This document shows, piece after piece, positions 11,554-24,008 of a stretch of 64,000 bases of DNA. The stretch comes from Scenedesmus sp. PABB004. Lineage: Eukaryota. The notes under the pieces were generated by a model. The model ran no database searches, was not told where the DNA came from, and saw only the letters and a list, made by a program, of their open reading frames with translations. The DNA lies in assembly GCA_014905635.1 (NCBI GenBank), contig JABVCE010000002.1, positions 1,798,001-1,862,000 on the forward strand, written 5' to 3'. How positions within the stretch are numbered: position 1 is the first letter of the stretch; each line of letters begins with the position of its first letter. The position numbers and the translations under genes were made by a program.

Positions 11554-12632
11554 TCACCCCGCCGTGAGGGTGTGTGGCAGCAGCCCCGCTGCCGCGGCGG
11601 CAGCCGCCACCGCCGTCGCCGCCGCAGCGGCCGCTGCGGCCAGTGCCCACGACGGCGCGGCCGACACGGCGCTCCGCGCGGCGGTGGCGACCGCACGCCA
11701 GCCCAGCCTGAACTCAGCGACCACCGAATTGTTGAGCTTGAACTGGGTCACTGCCTCGTCCACCAGCCGCGCGCGCAGCCCCGCGTCGGGCAGCTCCCGC
11801 CCCGCCGCCGTCACCGCGGCGCGCAGCGCCGCCATCTTGGCCGCCTTGTCCGGCACCTGCGCAGCGGCGCAGCAGCAGCCTGGCGGCAGGGCGGCCGCGG
11901 GCCGCGTGCAGCGGGCCGCGGGCAGCAGCCACTGCTCTCGCTGTGCGCGCCGGGCGCAGCCGTCACCCCGGGCTGCCGCGAGCACGCACTGTGAAGAACG
12001 CCAGGCCACGCTCGTCCGGCAGCGCCAGGGCCTTGGCCACGCGCGCGCCCAGGAAGCCCAGCAGGATGGGGACGTGAAGGCTGAACGCGTAGGGCAACAG
12101 CAGCACTGGGTCGTCATCCGCCAGCGCCTGCAGGTGCGCCGCGTAGGCCGCGCCCGCGGCGGAGCGCGGCAGCGCGTCGCGCCAGTCGGGGCCGAGGAGG
12201 TGCTCCAGGTCCTGCGGCGGCCGGGCGGCGCGGCGAGGAGGGGTGGGGCGGGCGACGCGACTCCGGCCCAGCTGCTCGCCGCCAGCCCCGCGCACGGCGG
12301 CGGCGGCGGCGGCAGCAGGGACGCCCCCGACCGCCTGGCCAGCCTCCAGCGCGCGCCCCCACCTGCTCCATCGCCTTGGCGCGCGACGGGACGGCGCCCG
12401 TCACGGCCGCCACCGTCGCCAGCCCGGGCGTGCGCGCCGCGTGCTGCGCCAGCAGCGCCTCCAGCTTGGCGTAGGGCTCGAGGAACTGCCCGAGCGCCCG
12501 GGCGTAGAGTCGCCGGTCGGTCAGCGCGACGACGAGCTTTGAGAGGATCAGCGCGTTTGCGATGTTGTGGTGCCGCCGCGTCGCGCGCCGCATCTCCAGC
12601 AGCAGGTCGGGCGCGCCCGCCGACGGCGCCAT
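11554..12632 (-). CDS. Heme oxygenase-like protein (3 exons, C-terminal hydrophobic tail)
   Basis: EMRRATRRHH (proximal His region), LYARALGQF..PYAKLE, RAKAMEQ|DLEHLLG..W, AYAAHLQALADDDPVLLL, GLAFF and VDEAVTQFKLN match the heme oxygenase fold. Confidence 0.8.
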
Positions 12633-12717
12633 GGGTGGGCACCTGCGCGCCGCCGGCGGCAAGCGTCGCCGGCGGCGAGCGGGCGCGGCGGGCGAGCGCC
12701 GCGCGCGCCGGCGCGCG

Positions 12718-12790
12718 GCGCTGGCAGCGAGCGGCGCGCGGCGCTGGCAGCGAGCGGCGCTGGCAGCGAGCGGCGCTGGCAGCGAGCGGC
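12718..12790. repeat. Short tandem repeat (4 x GCGCTGGCAGCGAGCG) just upstream of the heme oxygenase start codon
   Basis: Four copies of ctggcagcgagcggc are directly visible at 12721-12790. Confidence 0.85.
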
Positions 12791-13177
12791 GCGCGGCTGC
12801 AGCTGCTCAGCATGGATGCATGCGTGCCAGCGCGGCGAGAGAGCGGGCGCTGCTGCGCGTGGCGGCGCCGCACCTTCGCAGTCCGCCCTCACCCAGCCGC
12901 AGGCGCAGGACCAAAATACGGCAGCGCGGGTCACCTCTGAGCGCCGGCTGGAGGGCCGCTGCGGCTGGGGGAGCGGCGGCAGCGCGCGGAGCGTGTGGCT
13001 CGGACGCTGCTGCTGCTGCCGTCGCCGCAGCGCGGGCGTGTGTGGCGTGCTGCGGCTGCCGCGTGTCGGATGGGAGCGTAGCACCGTCCTCGCCGCCGCC
13101 CGGGGCTCGCGTGCGTCGCCGGAGCGGGGCTCACGGCGCGCGGCGCAGTCACACGGCACGCGGCGCGCCCGCCGCAC

Positions 13178-14697
13178 TCAGCAGATCTTGCCGCCGCGCG
13201 CTTTGCGCCGCGGCGCGAGCGCCTCGAACAGCTTGGCCGCGATCTTGCTGAACCAGTAGTAGTTGAGCAGGTTCAGGGAGACGTTGGCGATGCGGTAGCC
13301 CCTGCGTGAGGCGCGCGGCGCCGCTCGGCGGCCGGGCTCGCGCCGCGGCCCCCAGCCGCGCCCGCGCTCGCGCCGCCGCCGCGCGCACCAGATGCCCCAG
13401 GCGGGGAAGCCGCCGGGGCGCGGGTGGTCGAGCTCCGGCTGCGTCGCGCGGAAGAACTGCGGGCCCGGCGGCAGGGACGCCGGTCGCGGCGGCGCCCCCG
13501 GCGGCGCGCTGCGCGCGGCGCGCGGCGCCGGGCGGCCGCCGAGGCGCTCGGCTGCCTCGCACCTGGTACGAGAGCCAGGTGCCCCAGACGGGCCGGCACG
13601 CGAGGAAGACGAGGGCCATCGCGACGCCGTTGAGGACGTACAGCCGCGTCTTGGCGCGCCCGCTCTTCAGAAGGAACCAGCGCGCGTGCACAAACGGCGT
13701 CGACAGCTCCCACATCAGGAAGCCCGCGCCTGGGCGGCGGGCACGGGCGCGCTTCGCGGGCGGGCGCGCCGCTGCGCAGCGCCGCCGCCCCTGCCGCCAC
13801 CACCACCGCCGCTCGCGCCGCCGCCACTCGCGCCGCCGCCGCCGCTCGCGCCGCTCTCACCAAACCAGTGGAGGTAGAAGCAATAGACGGCGTGGGTGTA
13901 CACGAACAGGCAGCACGCCGCGTGCAGCAGGAAGGCGGGGCCCTCGGCGCGGAAGCGTGTGAGGCAGATGAGCAGGTCATACAGGAAGTAGCCGGACGAC
14001 ACGAGGCACATCAGCGTGGAGAGGCGGCTGCACGCGTAGATCGGGTCGGCGCGCAGCGCAGGGTCGAGCAGCACCGCGGCCGCGACCGGGACCTGCGCGG
14101 CGCGGCGCCGCGCCGCGGGGGCGTCGGCGGCAACGCGGCGGCGGCGAGGTGGCGGGCGGCGGTCGCGCGGCGGCGGCCGAGCGGCGGCGGCCGGGCGGCC
14201 ACGCCGTGCCTGGATCGCGTTGTGCACGGTGCTGACCAGCTTGGTGATGCCGGCGGTCACGTCCCGCGCCGCGTCGCGCTGGCCCTTGCGGTGCAGCGGC
14301 GCGCCGGCGGGGTACAAGCGCCGGTAGACCCAGCCGCGCGCGAGCAGGTGCAGCGCCACCTCCAGCGCCAGCCACGCGAGCGCTGCGGCGGCGGCGGCGG
14401 CGCGGCGCGCGCTCGGCGGCCGGGCCGGCGGCGCTGCACGGCGGCGGCCGCCGTCGCCGCAGCCGGGGTGGTGCCGGCTGCTCTCCCTTGCGCGGCACCC
14501 GCCGTCGGCGCCAACTGCCCGCGCGCACCGACGCCCGCGATCGCGAGGGTGGCCTCCTTGCGGTTCATGTGCCGCGCGTCCATGTGCTTGGCATCGCCGA
14601 TGCCCGTGAACTTGGCCGTGTCGACGCCGTCCAGCAGCGCGGCGGTCGCCGCAGCAGCGGCGGCCCGCGCGCCGGCGAGGGCGCCGTCGAGCGCCAT
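13178..14697 (-). CDS. TLC (TRAM/LAG1/CLN8) domain membrane protein, TMEM56-like
   Basis: KLVSTVHNAIQ, SSGYFLYDLL, FLLHAACCLFVY, FLMWELSTPFVHARWFL, YVLNGVAMALVFLACRPVWG and LNLLNYYWFSKI. Stop codon at 13178-13180. Confidence 0.85.
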
Positions 14698-15017
14698 TGG
14701 CGGCGCTGCGGGCGATGCGGGCGACGTCGGCGCTGCGCTGTGGTGGGCGCCCGGGGTGCGCAGGGGCCTCGACGGGCGGGCGGGCAGTTTGAGCGTCTGC
14801 TGCTGTGCCCTGTGCCTCGCCGGCGCCCCGCTGGTCCCGCTCGCCTTGCTCGCGCCCAGCCCGATCACACAGCGTCGGCGTGGCGGCGCGCGGGTTGCCC
14901 CTGGTTTTGGAGCTCGCCATCATCGCCGGCAGCAGCACCGCGCGAACCGGGCGCGGCACGGTCCCGCCGGCGATCGCAGCGGCTCCTCCGTGAGCAGTTT
15001 GCGCCGCTGCCGGCGCG

Positions 15018-16306
15018 ATGGACGTCCAGGCGCTCTGCTCCGTGCTGCAGGGCTGCCTGAGCGCAAACCAGGAGGAGCGCAAGGCGGCCGAGGCGCTGCT
15101 CAAGCAGGTGCGGCGCCGGGCGGGCGCGGCGGGCGGGGCCCGACGCCACCGGCGCCGCGCCGCGCCGGCGCGCCCGCCGCGCGCGCCGCGCGGAGCCGCC
15201 GCCGCTGCCGCCGCCGCTGCTGTGCGCCGCCGCAGGCCGAGCTGCAGCAGGGGCAGGTCGTGAACCTGCTGCGCGTGGCGGGCGAGCCGTCGGTGGACAT
15301 CAGCGTCCGCCAGGTGGCCTCCATCTCGTTCAAGCAGGTCGCCAAGCGCCACTGGGAGCCGGAGAAGGGTGCGCGCCGCGGGCAGTTGGCGCGGTTGGCG
15401 CGGTTGGCCGGGGCGCGCGCCACCGTGCGCCGCGGAGGCCGCAGGCCGCCCACGCGCGCGCCCCCGCGCGCGCAGATGGCGCGCCGGTGCTGCATGCGGG
15501 CGACAAGCAGCTGGTGCGCGACAACCTGCTGGAGGCCATCATCACGTGAGCGCCGCGCCCGCGCTTGCGGCGCGCCTTGCGCGGCGGCCGCGCGGCGGCT
15601 GCAGCCGGGCGGCGGCACCCGGGCCCGCTGCACGGCCGGCGGCTGGAGGCCGGCGGCCGCGGTCGTGGCCGCGACGGCGGCGCCCGGCGCGCGGCGCGAG
15701 CGCGCGCGCCCCCGCTCGCGCGCGCGTCGCAGCGCGCCGCACATCATCCAGAGCCAGCTGTCGGAGGTGATGTCGACCGTGGTCTATTGTGACTACCCGG
15801 AGGCCTGGCCGGGGCTGCTGGAGGCGGTTATGAAGAACCTCACAGCAAACGTGAGCCCGCGCGGCGGCAGCCCACGCCGGAGCCGCGCGGTAGTAGCGGC
15901 GGCGGCGCGACGCCCGCCCGCTCACCGCCTCCGCGCAGGACCAATCGCGTATGTACGGCGCGCTGCTCGTGCTGCGCGTGCTGGCGCGCAAGTACGAGTT
16001 CAGGGACGACGTGAGCCGGCGGCGCGGCGCGGACGAGCCGGCTGCAGCGCCCGCAGCCGGCGGCGGCGAGGCAGCGCGCGGGCGCCCCGGCGGGCGGCGG
16101 CGCGGCGGCAGCCGGCCGGCCGCGCACGCGCGCGCGCGCCGCCGCCGCCGCCGCCGCGCGCAGGAGGAGCGCGCGCCGCTGGCGCCCATCATCGCCGCGG
16201 CGTTCCCCGTGCTGCTGGGCCTGATGCAGCAGCTCGTCGCCGCACCGGCGCCGAGCCCGCAGGGCGCTGAGTTCATGAAGCTCATATGCAAGGTGACCAG
16301 CAGCTG

Positions 16307-16371
<65 letters not shown>

Positions 16372-19300
16372 GCGGCAGCGGCGGCAGCGGCGGACAGCGG
16401 CGGCGGCAGCAGCAGCAGCAGCAGTGGCGGCAGCGGCGGACAGCGGCGGCAGCGGCGGTAGCAGGGAGACGAGTCACAGGGGCGGTCGAGCGCCCCGGCC
16501 GCCCTGCCGCCCTGCAGCGTCCGACGCCAACGCTGGGCCGTCCCCCGCCGCGGCCGCCACGCGTGCGCGCAGGTGTTTTGGAGCGCCACCTTCATGTCGG
16601 TGCCGGAGCTGCTGCTGCAGCAGGAGCAGTTCAGCGGCTGGATGATGTGCCTGCACCAGGCGATGCGCAAGCCGCTGCCCTGGGTGCGCCGCCGGCGCCG
16701 CCGGGCGGCGGCGGCCTGGCGCGCCCGGCGCGCCCGCGGCGGCGTGCCGGCGCTTCTGCGGCAGATCACGCGTTGCCGCCGCTGCCGCCGCGCAGGACCA
16801 GCTGCCGCCGGGCGTGGACGAGCGGCGCAAGTGGATCTACTTCAAGGCGCTCAAGTGGGTGCTGCACATCACGTACCGACTCTTCAACCGGTGCGGCGCA
16901 GCTGCGCACCCGCCCGCCCGCTGTTCGCCCGCGCGCCCCCAGCTGTGTGGCAGCTGTGGCGGGCGCAGCGGTGGCGCCGGGGCGGCCGGCGCGGCGCGCG
17001 CCGACGCCGCGCCGCGCGCCGCGCAGGTACGGCGAGCCGCGCCTGTGCAACGCGGGCACGGACCAGCAGTTTGCGCAGATGTTTGAGGTGCGGCGCGGCG
17101 CGGGCCGGCCGGGCAGCGCCGCTGGCCTGCGGCGCCAGCCCTCGCCCTGGCAGGGCCGGCCCCACGCCCGCCCGCCCGCCTGCCCGTCTGCCCGCGCGCC
17201 TGAACCCCAGGCCCACGTGAGCAGCCAGTTCCTGGAGGACCAGCTGCACGTGCTGCACCCGCTCGCGAGCGGGCACTACCTCGCGCCGCGCGTGACCAAC
17301 CTGGCGCTGCAATACCTCACGCGCGCGCTGGAGCTCAAGTCGACGTACAAGCAGGTCAAGCCCCACGTCGAGCCGCTGCTCAGCCAGGTGGTGCTGCCGC
17401 TGATGTGCTTTGACGCGGAGGACGCGGAGCTGTGGGAGGAGGACCCGCAGGAGTTTGTGCGCAAGGGCTACGACGTGCTCGAGGACATGCTCGGCACCAA
17501 GACCGCGGCCGGCAACTTCGTGCAGACGCTGGCACAGAAGAAGCCGAAGAGCCACCTGCCCTGGCTGCTGGAGCGCCTCGTCGGCGTCATGAACGCGCAC
17601 GACGCCGCGGTCAAGGCCGCGGCCGCGGGCGGGCCGCCCGTGCCCGAGGCGCTCGCGCGCCAGATGGACGGCGCGATGCTCGCCATCGGCGCGATCAGCG
17701 GGACGCTCAAGTCCAAGGCGCGGCGCCGCGGGCGCACGCGCGCGCGCGCCGGCTCGCCCGCGCGCGCGCGGCGCCTGTGCCCACGCCTTAACGCCCTGCC
17801 CCCGCCGCCCCGCCGCCGCTGCCGCGCGCAGGAGCCGTATCGCAGCCAGCTGGAGTCGTTGCTCTCGGCGCACGTGCTGCCCACGTTCACGAGCCCGCAC
17901 GGCCACCTGCGCGCCAAGGCGGCGTGGCTGGCCAAGGAGTTTGCGGACATCCAGTTTGGCGGCGGCGGCGCGCTGTTCAACACGCTGCTGCAGGCGGTCA
18001 TCAACTCGCTGCACGACGGGTGCGCCAGCCTGCCGGGCCTGCCCGCTGCGACGCGGGTTGACGCGGCGCAGGGCCTTGCCGCGCCGCGGCGGCCGCCGCG
18101 GGCGCGCCCCCGCCCGCCGGCCGACCCGCGCCGCCGCCGCGCAGCGAGCTGCCGGTGCGCGTCGAGGGCGTGATGGCGCTGCGCTCGTTTGTGGAGGAGC
18201 TGGAGGACCCGAGCCCGCTCAAGCCGGTGCTGGCGCAGCTCATGGACTCGATCTTCAAGCTCATGAGTGAGGTGGAGAACGAGGAGCTCGTGTTCACGCT
18301 GGAGGTGCTGGTGGACAAGTTTGGGGACGAGATCGCGCCCTACGCGGTGCGGCGCCTGGGCGCTGGGGCGCGCTGGGGGCGCTGGAGCGGGGGAGGGAGG
18401 GGCGACAGCGCGGGCCGCGGTGGCGCGGGCGCGGCGCCGACGCGCCGCGAGGGAGGGAGGGAAGGAGGGTCTGCGTTGACCGGGCGGCGGCCGCCGAGGG
18501 GCGCCCGCGCGCGGTCAGGTGTCGCTGGCGGAGAACCTGACCGCCGCGTTCTGGAAGTACAGCGGCCAGGCCGACGGCGACGAGGAGGGCGACGACGACG
18601 ACCAGGGTGCGGCGCTGTGGCTCGCGGCGCGAGCGCGAGCCGCGTGTGTTCACACGCGCACGCGCGCACACTCGCACCGCCACACACGCGCACACACCGC
18701 CGCCGCGTGCGCCGCCGCGCCGTGCGGTCGCAGCCGCGGTCGCTGCGTACGGGTGCCTGAAGGCGCTCAACACGCTGCTGGACGGCGTGAGCGAGATGAA
18801 GCACCTGCTGCCGGTGCTGGAGGGCATCATCCACCCCATCATGGCCAAGTGCATCGGCACCGACGGCCAGGACGTGCTGGAGGACGTGCTCGAGCTGCTC
18901 GCATACTTCACCTACTTTGGCGGTGCGGCGGCGCGCTGCGCATGGGCACGCGGGACGCGCGGGGCGCACGCAGATGCGCCTGTGCGCGCGGCCGCGGCGG
19001 CGGCGGCGTGCCGCGCGGCGCGCTGTGCGGCGCGCAGCGCGCGGGGCGGCGCCGAGCCGCCGCCGCGCCCGCGCGGCCGCGTCGCGCCGCGCGCAGAGCT
19101 GACGCCGCGGCTGTGGAGCCTGTGGCCGCAGCTGCACGCGCTGGTCATGGACTTTGGCATCGACTACTGGGAGAACATCCTCATCCCGCTCGATAACTTC
19201 ATCAGCCGGTGCGGCCAGGCGGCCAAACAAGCTGCCAACACCAGCACGACGCCGCAGCGGCTGCGCGCGCCACGGCGCGGCGCCGTGCGCCGCGCCGTGC

Positions 19301-20806
19301 CCCCCAAGCCGCGCCGAGCGGCGCCCCCCCCCCACGCCGCCGGGCGCCCCGCGCCGCAGCGGCACCGACGTGTTCCTGCTGAGCGAGAGCCCAAACTACC
19401 AGGAGAGCGTGTTTGCCATGGCCCAGGTGGGGCGGCGGCGCCGTGTGGGAGGCCAGACCCCAGCCGCCGCGCCGGCCACGCCGCGCACGGGCGGCGAGCT
19501 GAGCCGCGCGCGCCGCGCGCGCCGCGCGCAGCACACGCTCACGGGCGACTTTGACGAGCTCTCGGTCGTGCCGGCGGTGAAGCTGATGGAGGTCGTGCTG
19601 CAAAACTGCACCGGCAAGGTGCGCCGGGCGCGCCGCCCGCGCCGCCCGCGCGCGCGGCCGCCGCGGGCCGCGCCGCCGACCGCCCGCCCGCCCTGCCCGC
19701 GCCCGCGCGCGCAGGTCGACCGCTGGCTACAGCCGTACCTGCAGCTCGCGCTGGCCAAGCTCAACACCGCGGAGAACCGGCTGCTCAAGGACGAGCTGCT
19801 CTGCCTCGTGGCCAACGCGCTCTACTACAACGCCCCCGCGACGCTGTCGATCCTGCAGGGCGCGGGCGTGGTGCAGCAGCTGTTTGGCGTCTGGTTCGCC
19901 GCCATCTTTGCGCGCAGGCGAGCGCGCGCGCGCCGCCGCCGCCGCCGGCGCGCCCCGGACGCAGCGCGCTGGCCGCGGTGCGCCGGCCGCGGCGCGCCCG
20001 GGGGCGAGCGGGGCCCGCCGACGCTGCACGCCTGCCGCCCGTCGCGCCGCTCAGCAAGAAGGACAAGCCCGCGCACTTCAAGGCGCAGCAGGACAAGAAG
20101 GTCACCATCCTGGGCCTGCTCGCGCTGATGGGCAACACGCCCGACGCGGCGCTGCCGCCCGAGGTCGCGGGCGGGCTGCCGCAGCTGCTCAGCGGCCTCG
20201 TGCGGCTGCTGCTCGACCTAAAGGCCCAGCAGGAGGCCGCGGCCGAGGCGGCGGAGGAGGAGGCGGAGGAGGAGGAGGCGGAGGAGGTGCGGCGCGGCGC
20301 GGTGCGGCGGGCGGGCGCGGCCGGCGCGGCGGGCGGACGCAGGGGGCGCGGCGCCCGCCCCGGCCCGCCGGTGGCCGCCCTGACCCGCCGCCCGCCCGCC
20401 GCGGCGCGGGGCCCCGCCGTCGCAGGAGGACGACGACGCCGTCGCGGACGACGACGACGACGCCGCGCTGGAGGAGGACGACGCGTACATGAAGCGGCTG
20501 CGCCGCCAGGCGCTCAAGCTGCTGCGCGGCGACGGCGGCGGCGGCGACGACGACGACGACAGCGACGACGAGTGGACGGACGACGAGGAGACGGTCGGCA
20601 CGCCGCTGGACGACATCGACCCCTTTGTCTCCTTCGCCGACGTGCTGGGCGGCCTGCAGGCCAGCAACCCCGGGCGCTACGCCGCGCTGCTCGCGGGCGC
20701 CGACGCGGGCGTGCTGGGCGCGCTGCAGGGCATGCAGGCGTTCGCGGCGGAGCAGCGCGCCAAAAAGGCGGCAGAGGCGGCGGCCGCCGCCGCGGCGTTG
20801 CAGTAG
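15018..20806 (+). CDS. Importin-beta-like SAD2 / importin-7/8 (about 19 exons)
   Basis: [41 protein letters not shown] (IBN_N), [95 protein letters not shown] and an acidic tail with [12 protein letters not shown]. Confidence 0.93.
16311..16370. repeat. (AGC)n trinucleotide microsatellite inside an importin intron
   Basis: About 20 perfect AGC units follow the GT donor at ~16293. Confidence 0.9.
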
Positions 20807-21096
20807 GATCAGCGGCGTGTGCCATCTGTCGTGAGAGACTCGGGCGTGAGCGGGCCGGCGGCGGCGCTGCGGGCGCGTGCAACCCGCGTGGCGCGGCGGC
20901 CGAGCGGGCGACCGGCCGGCCGCCAGCGCGCGCGCGCGCAGCCTCGCGCCGCCGCCGCGCGGAAGCTCGCAGTCACGCTCGCTCGCTCGATCTCCACACG
21001 CGGCGACAGCAGCAGCGCGACGCAGGCTGCACACGGGACCGCAGTCGTCTGCCGCGCGCTGGCCGGCCCTCCACGCCCCGCTGGCGGGGGCCAGCG

Positions 21097-23809
21097 ATGC
21101 GCAGCGCCGCCCTGAGAGCAGTTGGACTGCGCACGGCGGCGCCCGCTGTCTGGCGGCGAGCAGCGCGGGCCGTGCGCGCCGCCAGGTGCGGCGCTGCTGC
21201 TGCTGCCGCTGCTGCTGCCGCTGCTGCTGCCGCTGCTGCTGCCGCTGCTGCCCCCGCCGCTCCTCGCCGCTCCTTGCCGCCGCGCTGTCCAACGCGGCCA
21301 CCGGCCGCAGGGCGTCCGCGGCTGACAGCGCGCTGGCGGCGGAGGAGCTCGCCGGCGCGGAGCCCCGCGCGCCGCGCCGCGCGGTCGTCACCTCGTTCGT
21401 TCGCCGCGACGATGGCGCGCTGCTGCTGGTGCGGCGCAGCGCCGCCGTGTCCACCTACCAGCACCAGTGGGGTGGCGTCAGCGGCGGCGTGGAGGGCAGC
21501 GAAAGCCTGCTGGAGCGCGCGCTGATCGAGGTGCGGTGTCGGCGGCGTGGGCGGCGGCGCCTGGCGAGGGCCTGCCTGCTGCGCCCAACTGCCGCGCCGC
21601 CCGCGCCGCAGATTGAGGAGGAGGTGGGCCTGGTGCCGGCGCAGCTGGAGCTGGTGTGCTGGGGCCGGCCGCTGCCGGTGGACGACGGCCAGCGCCGCTT
21701 CCTGGTGCATCCCTTCCTCTTCCAGCTGGGGGCCGCCGACGCGCCGGTGACGCTCAACTGGGAGAACGAGGACTTTGCCTGGGTCCGACCCAGGCGCGCG
21801 GCGCGGCGGGCGCAGCGACGGCCGCGGCGCGCGCGGCATGGCCGGCCGGCGGGGCAGGCGGCGCGGCCGCGGCGCGGCGGCACGCGCGCCGACGCCAGGG
21901 CCGCGCGCGCGCTGCCTGCCGCCTGCCGCCCCGCCCCGCAGCGCGATCAAGGAGCTCCCGCACGTTCCGCTGCTGCCGGAGACGGTGCGGCGGCTGCTGC
22001 TGCCGCAGTACATGCAGGTGCATGTGGACTACCTGCGCCAGGACCGCGCCCACGGCGCGGCCGAGCTCGCGGCGTACGTGCTGCAGGCGCTGCGCGCGGC
22101 GGCGGCGCTCGAGGCGCGCACCGTGCCGCTGCCGCCGCCGGCGGCGGCGCCGCCGCCCGCGCCCGGCGCCGGCGCCGAGTGCGCGCCCGACTGGGGCGGG
22201 CCGCCGGGCGCGGGCGGGGCGGCCGCGGACGGGTCGGGCGCGCCGGCGGCGGCAGCGGCGCAGCCGAGCTTTGAGGGCGTGATGGAAGCGTACCGCAACT
22301 TTTGCTTCCACATGGCCGTCGCGCGGCCCAGCATGGCGGCGGTGGCCAACGCGGCGGTGGAGGTCATGCTCGCGCTGGAGCGCGAGGTCGCGGCGCGCGC
22401 GGATGCGTTTGAGCCCACCGCCGGCATCGCGCGGTGCGCGCCCCGCGGGGGCCGCGAGCGCCGCCGAGCCGCGCGTGCGCGGCGCGCCCGCGCCGACGCC
22501 GACGCGCTGCCCGCCTCGCCGCCGCCGCAGGGTCGCGCTGAGCGACACGCTCGGCAAGCTCGCGGAGCAGCTGCAGCGGCAGCAGGCCGCGACGATCGCC
22601 AACACCGCGGCGGTGATCAGGCCGGGCACGCGCGTGATGACCACGTCCCTCTCCTCCACCGTCGCCAAGGCGCTCATACAGGCGCACCGCGCCGCGCTCG
22701 CAGCGATGGACGCCGGCGCGGCCGGCGGCGCCGACGCGGGCGCGGCCGGCGGCGCGGCCGGCGGCGCGGGCGCGGGCGAGGGCGCGGGCGCGGGCGCGGG
22801 CGTCGCGCCGCCGAGCGCGGCGCTGGGCGGCGGCGCGGCGGAGCCGCCGGCGCCGCGGGCGGCGCTGTCGCCGAGCCTCGACCTCGAGGACTGGGTGGAC
22901 GACCCGGAGTTCTGGCCCAGCGCCAGCGGCGTGGGCCGCGACGGCCGCGGCGCGAGCAGCAGCTGGGACCTCGAGTTTGGCCCGCGCCGCGGCCGTGGCG
23001 ACGCCGCCAGCGCGGGCGCCGCCGGCGCCGGCTCCGGCGCCGCGGCGCCGCGCGGCGTGTCGGTCGTCGTGTGCGAGGCGCGGCCGCTGTGCGAGGGCGT
23101 GTCGATGGCGCGGCGCCTCGCGGCGGCGGGGCTGGCCGTCACGCTCATCACCGACGCGCAGGCGGGCGCGTTCATGGACGAGGTGGACCTGGTGCTGCTC
23201 GGCGCCGACGGCGTCACGCCCGGCGGCGTGGTGAACAAGGTCGGCAGCCGCCTGCTCGCACTCGCAGCCAAGGCCTCGGGCGTGCCCGTGGTCGCGGTCA
23301 CGGACAGCCTCAAGATCAGCCCCGGGCCCGTGAGCGCCGTCGCGCTGCCAAACACGCGCCTCGCGGCGGGCGAGGAGGAGAAGGAGGCGGAGGAGCTGCT
23401 GCGCGGCTGGGCGCCCGAGGCCGCCGCGGCGGTGGCGCGGCTCATGCGGGCCGGCGGCGGCGCCGGCGGCGCCGGCGGCGGCGCCGGCCAGCAGCAGGCG
23501 CCGGCGCGGCAGGCGCCGGCGCAAGAGCCGGCGCAGGAGGAGCAGCTGCCGGGCGGCGGCGGCGGCAGCGGCGGCGGCGACGCGAGCGCGCTGGCGCCGG
23601 GCGGCTCGCTCGAGGTTCGCAACGTCTACTTTGAGCGCGTCCCGCTCAGCGCCGTGACGGGGCTCATCACCGACAAGGGCTTCCTCTCCAGCTTTGTGGT
23701 GGGGCAGCTCATCAAGCAGCGCGCGCGCGACTACCGCGCCGCGTTCGGCCTGGTGAGCGCCGACGACGACGCGCCGCCGCCGGGTGCGCCGGCGGCCGGC
23801 GGGAGCTGA
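21097..23809 (+). CDS. Nudix hydrolase fused to an IF-2B/eIF2B-alpha-family (R15P/MTR-1-P isomerase-like) domain, with organellar transit peptide
   Basis: Transit-like MRSAALRAVGLRTAAPAVWRRAARAVRAA. Nudix part: VVTSFV..LLLVRRSAAVSTYQHQWGGVSGGVEGSESLLERALIE|IEEEVGL...LNWENEDFAW. IF-2B part: DRAHGAAELA, ARPSMAAVANA, TTSLSSTV, CEARPLCEG, LLGADGV, VVNKVGS, NVYFERVP, ITDKG. Confidence 0.85.
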
Positions 23810-24008
23810 GCGGGCGCGGCCGTCGTCGCTGACGGCGGCGGGCGCACGTCAAGCGTTGATGTTGCGCGGCGTTGGTCTGCCAGTTGCCGCAGGCTGTTGC
23901 GCTGGTGCACTGTGAACTGCCGGAACGCGCAAGACCCCCCCCCCCCCCCCCGCCGCTCTCTCGCCTCCCGCGCCGGCAGCAGCAGCGGCAGAAGCAGCGG
24001 CGGCGAGC

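Noticed and set aside
12718..12790. CRISPR-like array (also considered for 56618-56683)
   Set aside because: The units are short and head-to-tail without unique spacers, there are no cas genes, and the context is eukaryotic.
16286..16645. PolyQ/polyS ORFs from the (AGC)n run; similarly the poly-Cys/Ala readings at 21190-21250
   Set aside because: Both runs lie inside introns (importin 16293-16572; Nudix-IF2B 21186-21310).
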